A stretch of 32,000 nucleotides of DNA from Candidatus Hermodarchaeota archaeon (GTDB taxonomy: Archaea > Asgardarchaeota > Heimdallarchaeia > Hodarchaeales > Hodarchaeaceae): positions 120,595-152,594 of the forward strand of contig JBHLKY010000003.1 of assembly GCA_048886185.1 (NCBI GenBank), given 5' to 3'. The notes beneath the pieces were generated by a model, which saw only the letters and a program-made list of their open reading frames with translations, did not search any database and was not told the DNA's origin. Numbering within the stretch: the first letter of the stretch is position 1; each line of letters opens with the position of its first letter. The translations under genes were made by a program, and so were the position numbers. This document shows, piece after piece, positions 1 through 8,514 of the stretch.

Positions 1-498
1 TATAATAATCTGAGGATTAAATTCCCTGAGTCATATCAAATCGAAAAGATGTTACTTACTGGATTAGAAAGAAATCATACTGCTAAAACAATCATTTTAA
101 ATTTACCTAAGAATTTTCTGAAGTTAGCCATATCAGCGTATCAATCTTATCTTTTTAACAAGGTTCTAAGTTATCTAAATAATGTTGAGTTCCCTCTCTC
201 TGTTAATGAGGCGATTCCATTACCAGGTTATCAAACTGATCGGAAGAAAATACCCAAGATGATTTCTGATACAGTTACACTTTTCTTAGAAGAAGATGCC
301 TTAAATTTCCAAAGTTTTAATCATGAACACTCTAATCTACGATCAAAAGGATCAACGAGACAAGCGATTATTTTACCGACTAAATTTAGTTATTCTCAAG
401 AGAACTTAACAGAAAAGGAAAAAAGAGTCAGTTTTTGTTTACCCAAGGGATCCTATGGAACTGTTGTTATAAGAGAGATAATAAAAGCAGAAATTTAA
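1..498 (+). CDS. truD: tRNA pseudouridine(13) synthase TruD, C-terminal part (5' truncated by window edge)
   Basis: Frame is open from base 1 to the ORF ATG at 49. C-terminal FCLPKGSYGTVVIREI matches the TruD F.LP.GSYAT..LREI motif; L.ISAYQSYLFN also matches. Confidence 0.9.
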   Translation, partial: YNNLRIKFPESYQIEKMLLTGLERNHTAKTIILNLPKNFLKLAISAYQSYLFNKVLSYLNNVEFPLSVNEAIPLPGYQTDRKKIPKMISDTVTLFLEEDALNFQSFNHEHSNLRSKGSTRQAIILPTKFSYSQENLTEKEKRVSFCLPKGSYGTVVIREIIKAEI

Positions 499-510
499 TG
501 AATTTTGACA

Positions 511-918
511 TTACTTTGGATAGAAGATCCCATCTTTGACTTTTCCATTAAGTTGACCCTGATTGATCAAAGTTTCAATAGCCTTGCTAACAGCTGCAGC
601 TGAAATACCTTCAATTTCAATTTGCTCAATAGGTGTTGCTTCTTGAACAAGTGCAACAGCCTGAATTAGTAATTCTTTTTTGGATTTCCCGGAACCAATT
701 TCATCTCCACGAATTTTCTTCAAAGAGGCTCGAATGGAAGCATTACACCTTGGGCAACGGAATGAACCCATTATGGTTAGAGTGACTCTACCCTCTTTAT
801 CAGGCATGGGACTTACTAATTGCCATGTTTTATCTGGTGGTGTTTCAATTGGATTGATAATTTGTCCGCATTTCTTACACGAAATCTGTTTTTCTCTTTT
901 TTTACCTCGAGAGCTCAT
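511..918 (-). CDS. Zn-ribbon Cren7-like N-terminal domain plus C-terminal winged-helix/PCI-like domain
   Basis: CxxC...PDKTWQLVSPMPDKEGRVTLTIMGSFRCPRC resembles Cren7-family P.K.W.L.P...V.IG.F.CP. C-terminal AIETLINQGQLNGKV resembles a winged-helix/PCI end. AAGGT SD-like upstream. Confidence 0.5.
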   Translation of the reverse strand: MSSRGKKREKQISCKKCGQIINPIETPPDKTWQLVSPMPDKEGRVTLTIMGSFRCPRCNASIRASLKKIRGDEIGSGKSKKELLIQAVALVQEATPIEQIEIEGISAAAVSKAIETLINQGQLNGKVKDGIFYPK

Positions 919-977
919 GATTTTTACCTTCTTTGACTGGTTTAAACTGAGAACATTGAAAAGAGGTTTAAATTATG

Positions 978-1196
978 TTACATTGAAATGGATTGAATGC
1001 TAGTTCTTAGACATGCATGACATATCTCTCCCCCATATGGCCGTTCTGCATGTTTTCCGCTTTTCGAGTCTTTCACGGTTTTAATGTGTAATAATGAACC
1101 ACAAACTCTACAATAAGACCTACGACCTTTTTTCTTAATATTATGTTCTAATAACCGCCCTCCAGGGCTCCTTTTTTTTCTAATGTTTTTAGTCAT
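978..1196 (-). CDS. rpl34e: 50S ribosomal protein L34e
   Basis: SPGGR, CxxC and ERPYGGEICHAC motifs. Confidence 0.95.
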   Translation of the reverse strand: MTKNIRKKRSPGGRLLEHNIKKKGRRSYCRVCGSLLHIKTVKDSKSGKHAERPYGGEICHACLRTSIQSISM

Positions 1197-1226
1197 TGTA
1201 CTTAAGCACCTACTGATTTGAATATA

Positions 1227-1856
1227 TTAATCAGGTTGTAATCCTGCAACTTTTCGTAAAATCGATCCAAATGCGAGGCTACCTCCGAAGTACCACCAAA
1301 TGTAGTTGGGGATAAAGACATTTCCCCACCCTGGGAGATCTTTAACATTTTTCCCAAGATCAAAGAACCTAGGAAATGGGAAATACTCAGGTAATGCGAA
1401 TGGTATGACTGCTGGAATATTTCCTTCAGTCAGGACACCATTTTCAACTGTAAAATTGTAAATCCCTGATAAAACAACAAAAAAGAGTATCATTGGTAGA
1501 AACATAATCATTAAAGGTTTCAAATTCATCATCGTAAGTTCGGATTGTACTTTTCTCATTCTATCAGCATTTCTATCATACTTTAGTTTTAATTTAGTGT
1601 CGGCAGTTTTCAACATCTGCATACGTAATTTCTGATATTTTTTTGTTTCTCTTGTAAGCCTTCTTAGCTTATCAACGTCAATCATCTTTCTTGAGACTAA
1701 TGTAGATGTTAATGAAACAAGGAATGCAACAATCAATATAAATATCGATGATAATGGTGGTTCAGTTGGAATGGCGTCAGTTATATTCTGAAGAATTGCC
1801 ATCGGTAGTGGTATTAAATTCATAATTATTTGAGGTATCTTTTGGAGAATGTGCAT
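1227..1856 (-). CDS. EMC3/TMCO1 (DUF106, Oxa1 superfamily) membrane protein
   Basis: TM1, basic coiled-coil, LKPLMIMFLPMILFF, then C-terminal WWYFGGSLAFGSILRKVAG. Canonical position upstream of L34e. Confidence 0.9.
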   Translation of the reverse strand: MHILQKIPQIIMNLIPLPMAILQNITDAIPTEPPLSSIFILIVAFLVSLTSTLVSRKMIDVDKLRRLTRETKKYQKLRMQMLKTADTKLKLKYDRNADRMRKVQSELTMMNLKPLMIMFLPMILFFVVLSGIYNFTVENGVLTEGNIPAVIPFALPEYFPFPRFFDLGKNVKDLPGWGNVFIPNYIWWYFGGSLAFGSILRKVAGLQPD

Positions 1857-2129
1857 GATTTTTCCCTTTATAGGTATCCTGGGTATTGTTAAAGGATTAT
1901 AAGCTTAAATTCTTCCGAAAAGTACCTTTTTTTGTTTGTTTTTTATTTTTCATGTAAAACACAAATTCTTCTAAATTGAAGTCAAAACAAATAATTTCCT
2001 TGATCTGTCATTTCGATGTTTAATTCAAGGAATTACGCAAATTAAATCAAAAATTTATTTTACCAATGAAAATCCGATTTTTTAAATTCTTATTTAAGAT
2101 CGAAAGGTTATATTGCTTCTTTCAAGTTG

Positions 2130-3518
2130 TTATTGTCCTGTACTGACAATGTGATTATTTAGATGTTTTCTTCTCTTTAAATACATGTAAAAAGCCTCTT
2201 GGAAATCCGTGTCAGGGGAGAGATGAAATTGTAAAGGAGGGATTCTAGAAACAGGTTTAGTTAAATGTCTCTGAGCACAAACGGGGATGACATACCTTAT
2301 CCCTGCTCGAATTTTTCTACTTTGTGATTTATAGTTGAATTTTTTGCTTGAAGAAATGTACGAACACTTTTTGCATTTCAATCCTTGCTCTTTCCCAGCA
2401 GAAGTCAGAGAAGCTCCACAATTGGGGCATTTTGGAGTGATTTTTTCCTTGATATGTGTCAAGTTGAGAATGTGAATTTCTTCAAGATTTATTGTCATTG
2501 GGAATTTTGTTGTTGCTGGGCGAACTCCCCCAAAAACAAGAACTTCGTCTCCTACAATCAGTTCTCTAATGATTTTTCGAAATTGCTTTGTAGGTTCGTA
2601 AGCTGCACAATCGACTATAGTGTTACCTGACTCTATACTGAAGATAACATGACCACCAGGGAAATCATGAGGTTTTTTTATCACTACTCCTCTCATTTTT
2701 ACTGAAAGGTATGGTGAAAGTTCGTCACCAAGGAACTTTTTAGGAAAATGAACTTGGGTATGTTGATTGGTGCGAAATACCATTGAGGTTAAGATTGGTT
2801 CAAAAATCTCTAGTTGTTCCCACATTTGGATGACTGCATTAGGAGTTTCTCCCCGTATTCCACAAAACACGGGATCAGGGCCGTGAGGAGTAATCATTAC
2901 TTGTTTATGCTCATAGTCATAATTATTAAAGGTTAAGGGCGATTTTTTATCAGCTTTGATGATTGAATTTGGATTAATTAGACGGTCAGTTTTTTTCTCT
3001 TTCGGATCACGATAAGCAATGAATTCATAAGTATAGTCATTTGATAAAGTTGCTCCAATAGCGGCAGTAGCACCAATCAACCCTCTACCCTTCTTTATAT
3101 AGAAGTTTTTTCCTTTTGGGTGGTTTTTAAGCACCTCTACAACATCTCTTAACGGAATTACTTGGTAGAGAGCCCGACGATAGATTTGTTGAAAAGTTAA
3201 GGGGATTTCACCTTTGAGAAGTACGAGACCTGGATCCGTGTGTGGATCATTAATGTCAGCATGATTCTTTACGAGGTCAGCAGCTCCTTTCCAAATATCA
3301 TCATCAATTTTTTCTACTGTCATAAATTTAATTGCTACTGCTCCATTTCCCCTAGTTTTATAGGGAATATTAGGATTCAATCGTATTAATTTAGGAAAAT
3401 CAAGAAATTTTATAGGAAAAGTAAGTAAGAAATCAACTAACATTGTCGCTAAGTAGGTCGTACACATTCCTTTATTGGAATCAGTATCATCAATCCCAAT
3501 ATGCCAGGTTTCTTGCAT
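2130..3518 (-). CDS. tiaS: tRNA(Ile2) 2-agmatinylcytidine synthetase
   Basis: HIGIDDTDS..GMCTTY, LIRLNPNIPYKTRGNGA, TPHGPDPVFCGIRG, FRTNQHT, AAYEPT and C-terminal CPNC...CKKC ribbon. Confidence 0.97.
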   Translation of the reverse strand: MQETWHIGIDDTDSNKGMCTTYLATMLVDFLLTFPIKFLDFPKLIRLNPNIPYKTRGNGAVAIKFMTVEKIDDDIWKGAADLVKNHADINDPHTDPGLVLLKGEIPLTFQQIYRRALYQVIPLRDVVEVLKNHPKGKNFYIKKGRGLIGATAAIGATLSNDYTYEFIAYRDPKEKKTDRLINPNSIIKADKKSPLTFNNYDYEHKQVMITPHGPDPVFCGIRGETPNAVIQMWEQLEIFEPILTSMVFRTNQHTQVHFPKKFLGDELSPYLSVKMRGVVIKKPHDFPGGHVIFSIESGNTIVDCAAYEPTKQFRKIIRELIVGDEVLVFGGVRPATTKFPMTINLEEIHILNLTHIKEKITPKCPNCGASLTSAGKEQGLKCKKCSYISSSKKFNYKSQSRKIRAGIRYVIPVCAQRHLTKPVSRIPPLQFHLSPDTDFQEAFYMYLKRRKHLNNHIVSTGQ

Positions 3519-3533
3519 GAATTCTTCATTCCA

Positions 3534-4457
3534 TTAGCCAGAAAGGCGAGATAAGACTCCAGAAATCATTAACGGTAAAACTAGTGTAACATCACTCATG
3601 ATATCTATCCATTTTGCTTTTGATGTTACTTTTCCCCAAGATATTGCTTCCTTTACACTTGCTCCACTAACGCCCCCATGTTCTGGTCGATCCATAGTTA
3701 TTTGGATTGCATATGATAGTCCATTATGTAACTGAGAACCATTCATAATGAAGTGCTTTGGTACACCTCCACCCAAGAATAAAGCTCCCATACGTTCTGT
3801 CTCATAAATAATCTTGGAAAAATCTGAGTGATCTTTAAGAAAGTCAATAGAAATTGGAGTAGTTTGCGAAAAGAGCCACACCTGAACACCTAACATGCTA
3901 TCCACGAGTGAGGGGGAAAAAATTGGTATTTCTTTCAAAAAAGCTGCTCTTACTATTGACTCTGGATCTTCAACATAACGTCCGAGCTCAAATAAAAATT
4001 CACGACTACTCATTTTACGATTGGGCATGTTTTTGAATATTTTTTGAACTAAGGCTTCAAATTTAACAAACGATTCATAGGGGATAAGTGTACTAAATAT
4101 ACGACTCATCTGCATTTCCTTTAATTTCTCATCATTTAAGTATTCTGAACCATGATGATGAGAACCTCCAGATGTTTCCAATAGATCATGACTGATATTT
4201 GCTCCTGTTGTGACTATACAATCCACCATATCTTTTTCAATCATTGTACGGATAATTTTACGCATTCCACCTGGGATTAAAGCTCCTGCTAGCCCTAAAA
4301 ATACAGTACAGTTTTTATCAAGAACCATTTGCTCTAATAGCTCTGTTGCTATTGCAACTTTACGACAGGTAAATCCACCACTTTTCATGGATGTTAACAG
4401 TTCTAAAATTGTCATATTTGGATAAATATCTACCTGTTTCATGCGATTATATTTCAT
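3534..4457 (-). CDS. dys: Deoxyhypusine synthase
   Basis: GALIPGGMR, IVTTGAN, LGGGVPKH, RPEHGGVSGA and KEAISWGK with the active-site Lys. Confidence 0.95.
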   Translation of the reverse strand: MKYNRMKQVDIYPNMTILELLTSMKSGGFTCRKVAIATELLEQMVLDKNCTVFLGLAGALIPGGMRKIIRTMIEKDMVDCIVTTGANISHDLLETSGGSHHHGSEYLNDEKLKEMQMSRIFSTLIPYESFVKFEALVQKIFKNMPNRKMSSREFLFELGRYVEDPESIVRAAFLKEIPIFSPSLVDSMLGVQVWLFSQTTPISIDFLKDHSDFSKIIYETERMGALFLGGGVPKHFIMNGSQLHNGLSYAIQITMDRPEHGGVSGASVKEAISWGKVTSKAKWIDIMSDVTLVLPLMISGVLSRLSG

Positions 4458-4648
4458 ACTTATCGGACTCTTAGATTACATTGGTCAATACTCCTTATGA
4501 AGCTTGTTTTTCCTCTTTTAAATCATCTAGTTATTTCTCTTTTCAAAAGGAGTCTTAAACCTCTAATTTACGGATTTTTAATTGTGATGAAAAAGCTTTA
4601 TTCGCTTAGATATTTTTCAATAATCTAACTTCAAAGTTGTGAAATGCT

Positions 4649-5575
4649 GTGAAGAACTTAAAATTTGTATGTCATGAACCTCAAATGTTGTGCGGGATTC
4701 TTAACAGTGAGTGGATAGAGAATGAACCAAATTACCACTTTTTGGGTATACCCCTAGATATATCCTCTTCCTATAGAAATGGAGCCCGTTTTGGTCCAGA
4801 TATTTTTCGAAGAATTCTGCGTTCAGAAAATTTTGAGTGTATAACAGAGACTGGTGTGGTTTTAAAGGATCACTTCAGGATTCAAGATTGGGGAAATGTC
4901 GGAATTATATCTACAGATCTTTCTAAGAGTCTTAAATTAGTCTCTGAGGGAGTTCTTGATTTAATTTCTAATAAACAACCTTTTTTGCTATTTGGGGGTG
5001 ATCACAGCTTAACGATAGGTATTGGTAAGGCTTTTGAAGAAGCTGCTCTTCCCATTTATCTTATTTATCTAGATGCTCATCTAGATTTGTATGATGAGAT
5101 GATGGAATCAGATCTATCTCATGCATGCACTTTAAGAAGATTTTCGGAATTATCTGGATTCCATGGAGCTACAGTTTTAGGATATCGGTTTTTTACAGAA
5201 GAGCAGTTATCATATGCAAATAGTAACAATATTAGAGTCATATCTACAAATAATCTAGTTCAACAGTCCGATTTATATCAGTTCGGCGTTAATACTACTC
5301 AATCCCTAAATAAGGGGAATTTTAGAGTTCATGTTTCAGTAGATCTAGATGTTTTAGATCCAAGCTTTGCTCCTGGTGTAGGAAATCCTGTCGCTGGGGG
5401 AATATCAACAAGAGAACTATTGTGGCTTCTTAGAGGGATATTTCAAGGAATTAAAACTGCGGTAATCAGTTGGGACATAGTAGAGTACAATCCTCTCTAT
5501 GATCCAGCGGAAATCACAGCATTTACTGTAGTTAAATTACTATTGGAAAGTTTAGGTGCTCAGATCAATAAATAA
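4649..5575 (+). CDS. speB: Agmatinase / ureohydrolase family
   Basis: SSYRNGARFGP, GGDHS, DAHLD, SHAC, SVDLDVLDPSFAPGVGNP, DIVEYNP. GTG start. Confidence 0.88.
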   Translation: MKNLKFVCHEPQMLCGILNSEWIENEPNYHFLGIPLDISSSYRNGARFGPDIFRRILRSENFECITETGVVLKDHFRIQDWGNVGIISTDLSKSLKLVSEGVLDLISNKQPFLLFGGDHSLTIGIGKAFEEAALPIYLIYLDAHLDLYDEMMESDLSHACTLRRFSELSGFHGATVLGYRFFTEEQLSYANSNNIRVISTNNLVQQSDLYQFGVNTTQSLNKGNFRVHVSVDLDVLDPSFAPGVGNPVAGGISTRELLWLLRGIFQGIKTAVISWDIVEYNPLYDPAEITAFTVVKLLLESLGAQINK

Positions 5576-5800
5576 AAACTGCCAATAAAAGAGATTGAGC
5601 TAAGAGGTTAGATGATATTGTTTTACTTACATCCCCCTGTATTACAACTTGCTGTGGTAACAAGCTACGTGGTGACCTCATGTGAATAAAATTAAAATGA
5701 TTTTTTTTCAACTTTGAATAACCTAAATAAAATCCTTAGAATTATTTGTAGTAAATCAGAAATTTAAATATCTGAAGTAGTTTTGAAGGTGAAAAAAGAA

Positions 5801-7015
5801 ATGAAAGAGGATCCAACAGCTTTTCTTAGTGAGGAAATGAGTGACATTCGTAAAGCTGGACGAGAGTGGGTTCACAGGGTTTTAGAGGGGCCTAGTGATA
5901 CGGTATGCACAGTAGAGGGAAAAAAAGTCATTATGTTATGTTCGAACAATTATCTTGGCCTATCCAATCATCCTGAGATGAAAAAAGCAGCTATCGAAGC
6001 TATTAAAACTCATGGAGTGGGTTCTGGTTCCGTTCGTGCGATTGCAGGTAATATGGACTTACACGAGCAATGGGAAAAGAGACTTGCTGAATTTAAAAAA
6101 CAAGAAGCTGCCTTTATTACTTCTGCAGGCTTTACAGCTAATCAAGGGGTTATTCAACAACTTGCTCCTTCTCCAGATGATGTTATTTTATCAGATCGTT
6201 TAAACCATGGATCAATAATAGATGGTGTACGAACTACAAAGGCTAAAAGAGCCGTTTATGAGCATTGTGATATGACTTCTCTCGAAGATGAGCTCGCCAA
6301 ACTTGCAAAAGGATCTTCTCGTCGAATCTTGGTAATTACTGATGGAGTATTTTCAATGGATGGAGACCATGCGCCCCTTGATGAGATTTACAAGATATGT
6401 GAACCCTACAGTAACGCAATAATATATGTTGACGATGCCCATGGAGATGGTGTTCTTGGAAAAGACTATTCAGGAAAGGGTCTTGTTGATCATTACAATT
6501 TACAAGGTAAAGTTCACATTGAGATGGGGACTTTTTCAAAAGCTTTTGGAACTATGGGTGGTTCGATAGTAGGATCTCAGAAACTAGTCACATGGTGTCG
6601 AAATAAAACACGGTCTTATTTATTATCTGCTAGTCATCCTCCTGCGACTGCAGCGGCATCAATCAAGGCACTTGATCTAATTGAGCACGAAGAGCCAAAT
6701 CTTGTTAAGAAACTCTGGGATAATATTAATTATTTCAAAAAGGAAATAATCAGTATGGGATATAACCATGAAATAACGAATGCTTCATCTACTGCAATCA
6801 TTCCAATTATTTTCGGTGATCCCTTGAAAGCAAAAGAAGCATCCAATGCTTTGTATTCTGATTATGGTGTTTTTGCTTTACCAATTGTATTTCCGATGGT
6901 ACCTCGGGGATTGGATCGAATTCGCGTTCAAGCTAATGCAGCACTTACAAAAGACCAATTGGACGAAGGACTCCGCGCTTTTGAGAAGGTAGGCGTAAAA
7001 TTAGATATATTCTAA
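5801..7015 (+). CDS. PLP-dependent alpha-oxoamine synthase, probably glycine C-acetyltransferase (Kbl/BioF-like)
   Basis: CSNNYLGL, SDRLNHGSIIDG, TDGVFSMDGD, VDDAHG, GTFSKAFG (PLP Lys). ATG 5801 follows an AAGGTGA SD; the ORF track TTG at 5783 is less likely. Confidence 0.85.
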   Translation: MKEDPTAFLSEEMSDIRKAGREWVHRVLEGPSDTVCTVEGKKVIMLCSNNYLGLSNHPEMKKAAIEAIKTHGVGSGSVRAIAGNMDLHEQWEKRLAEFKKQEAAFITSAGFTANQGVIQQLAPSPDDVILSDRLNHGSIIDGVRTTKAKRAVYEHCDMTSLEDELAKLAKGSSRRILVITDGVFSMDGDHAPLDEIYKICEPYSNAIIYVDDAHGDGVLGKDYSGKGLVDHYNLQGKVHIEMGTFSKAFGTMGGSIVGSQKLVTWCRNKTRSYLLSASHPPATAAASIKALDLIEHEEPNLVKKLWDNINYFKKEIISMGYNHEITNASSTAIIPIIFGDPLKAKEASNALYSDYGVFALPIVFPMVPRGLDRIRVQANAALTKDQLDEGLRAFEKVGVKLDIF

Positions 7016-7074
7016 GTTCTGAGGTTCTGAAAAATTTCCTCCTTTTTTTCACATATTTCTTTATCTACTGCTAA

Positions 7075-7533
7075 TTACTTCAAAAAATTAGTTAGTTCTC
7101 TCCTTTTTTTATCAGCTTTTAAATTTACAAGAAGATCTTCCAAAATTTTTATTACTTTATCCTCATATGTTTCTCCGCTGTATTGATGACTCCAATGGTT
7201 CCAATTCGGTTTTTTATGGGCTATTTTATATTTTACCCCTGTCATTGTGGTTCCATATGTATTGGCGTCTATTTTGGTCACTTTTTGATCTGCAATTATG
7301 TACCAGTGGTATTGTGTGTTTTTTAATGCTCCTGTACCCTTTGGTGCTTGATGGATTCGGTATTTATTACATATGAATTTAAATTTCCATTTTTCAGGCG
7401 TAACTTTCGTTTCATTCCAATTTCCATTCTTATACTCCCATCTATGTTTCATTCCTACTTTCATCCCTGTATATTGCTGCCCTTCAAATTCTTTAAGAGC
7501 GTTATAATGTTTTCTTCTATTCTGTTTTAACAT
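7075..7533 (-). CDS. Conserved hypothetical basic, Trp/Tyr-rich protein
   Basis: SD AAAGGA. YTGMKVG..H.W.Y..G.W.ETK...W and YHWYIIA.Q recall an uncharacterised mainly bacterial family. Confidence 0.7.
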   Translation of the reverse strand: MLKQNRRKHYNALKEFEGQQYTGMKVGMKHRWEYKNGNWNETKVTPEKWKFKFICNKYRIHQAPKGTGALKNTQYHWYIIADQKVTKIDANTYGTTMTGVKYKIAHKKPNWNHWSHQYSGETYEDKVIKILEDLLVNLKADKKRRELTNFLK

Positions 7534-7747
7534 ATAGTTACATCCTTTAGAGTATGGACAGAAATATCATCTTTTAAGAATTTAAAAGCAACTTTATATA
7601 TAAAATGACTTAAGACCCTTACTTGAAAATAATTACTCCATCTAGATAAGCGAGAAATTAAAAAGAACATTTTATATGAACTTTGAAGGATATGAAGAAA
7701 TGAGATATATTTTATTTATATTAAATTAGTTTAAAAGAGAATAAAGA

Positions 7748-8212
7748 TTATTTTGAATTGTTTAATTTCTTTTTTGTTGAATTGCGATCCTTATGATTCT
7801 TATCATGATAATTGCTTGATAAGACTCGTCGTTTAGGCTTTACTTCAACTTTTCCAGAGAACCGAAACACCTGTCCACAATCAGGACAAAACCAGTATTT
7901 TCGTGACGCCTCATCACCACGAGAAAATTGGTAGAAACCTTGAAAAAAGGCATTAGGATGTCGGCATCGGTTTTTACGACGTTCTTCATATGTTTGAGTA
8001 AAAATTTTAGGTATTGGTGGAGGTTCATTCTCTAGAATACGTGTATGGTCTCTAGGGGTGTGTTCAATTGGTGAATGTTCTTGAAAGATTTTCGTATCTT
8101 TAATTTTCACTTCCTCTCTGCAATTTGGGCACCATAATATTGTCTGATTTTTCATTTGTGTTCCCTTTGGAACTATCACAGTACCGCATTTTTCGCAAAA
8201 AGGGGATGTCAT
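7748..8212 (-). CDS. TFS/RpoM (RPB9/TFIIS)-like double zinc-ribbon protein, divergent paralogue
   Basis: FCEKCG...CPNC N-ribbon; C-ribbon CRH...YQFSRGDEASRKYWFCPDCG, compare QTRSADE. Confidence 0.75.
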   Translation of the reverse strand: MTSPFCEKCGTVIVPKGTQMKNQTILWCPNCREEVKIKDTKIFQEHSPIEHTPRDHTRILENEPPPIPKIFTQTYEERRKNRCRHPNAFFQGFYQFSRGDEASRKYWFCPDCGQVFRFSGKVEVKPKRRVLSSNYHDKNHKDRNSTKKKLNNSK

Positions 8213-8514
8213 GTGAATTTCACGGGATTTTAAGGAATTATTCGTCTTTTTACAGTGATACTCGTCATTAACTCTAATAAAGGATTTTTTTCAAACTATA
8301 TGTACTTTATCAATGACTCTCTTAAACGTAACACTATTAAAAAGAAGTCAATTAAGATTTTTTAAATCATTATTAACCCAATAAGGTGATTTCAAAAAGA
8401 TTCTCAATTTCTTATTCTTTAAATGTTTGTATTGAAAATTTAAGTTTTAAAATTTGTTTAAATGTATTTTTTCTACTAAGATATACTTAAATTCTTTATT
8501 ATGGCGAGAAAAAA

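Noticed and set aside
680-1003. 107-aa plus-strand ORF, and similar shadow ORFs (2385, 4210, 7167, 7348, 8802, 14562, 21196, 22007, 25863, 26122, 28928, 30836)
   Set aside because: Antisense to well-supported genes, with no motifs.
5638-5648. TGTATTACAAC also found inside the C/D RNA (16721-16731)
   Set aside because: A single 11-mer in AT-rich DNA; in the sRNA it is explained by the internal hairpin.
6012-6203. Short same-strand alternative-frame ORFs (also 7840, 14605, 24290)
   Set aside because: Nested in conserved genes, with no SD or recognisable domains.
5801-7015. Serine palmitoyltransferase (sphingolipid) call
   Set aside because: The motifs are shared by all alpha-oxoamine synthases; the sequence looks like Kbl/BioF and has no lipid-pathway neighbours.
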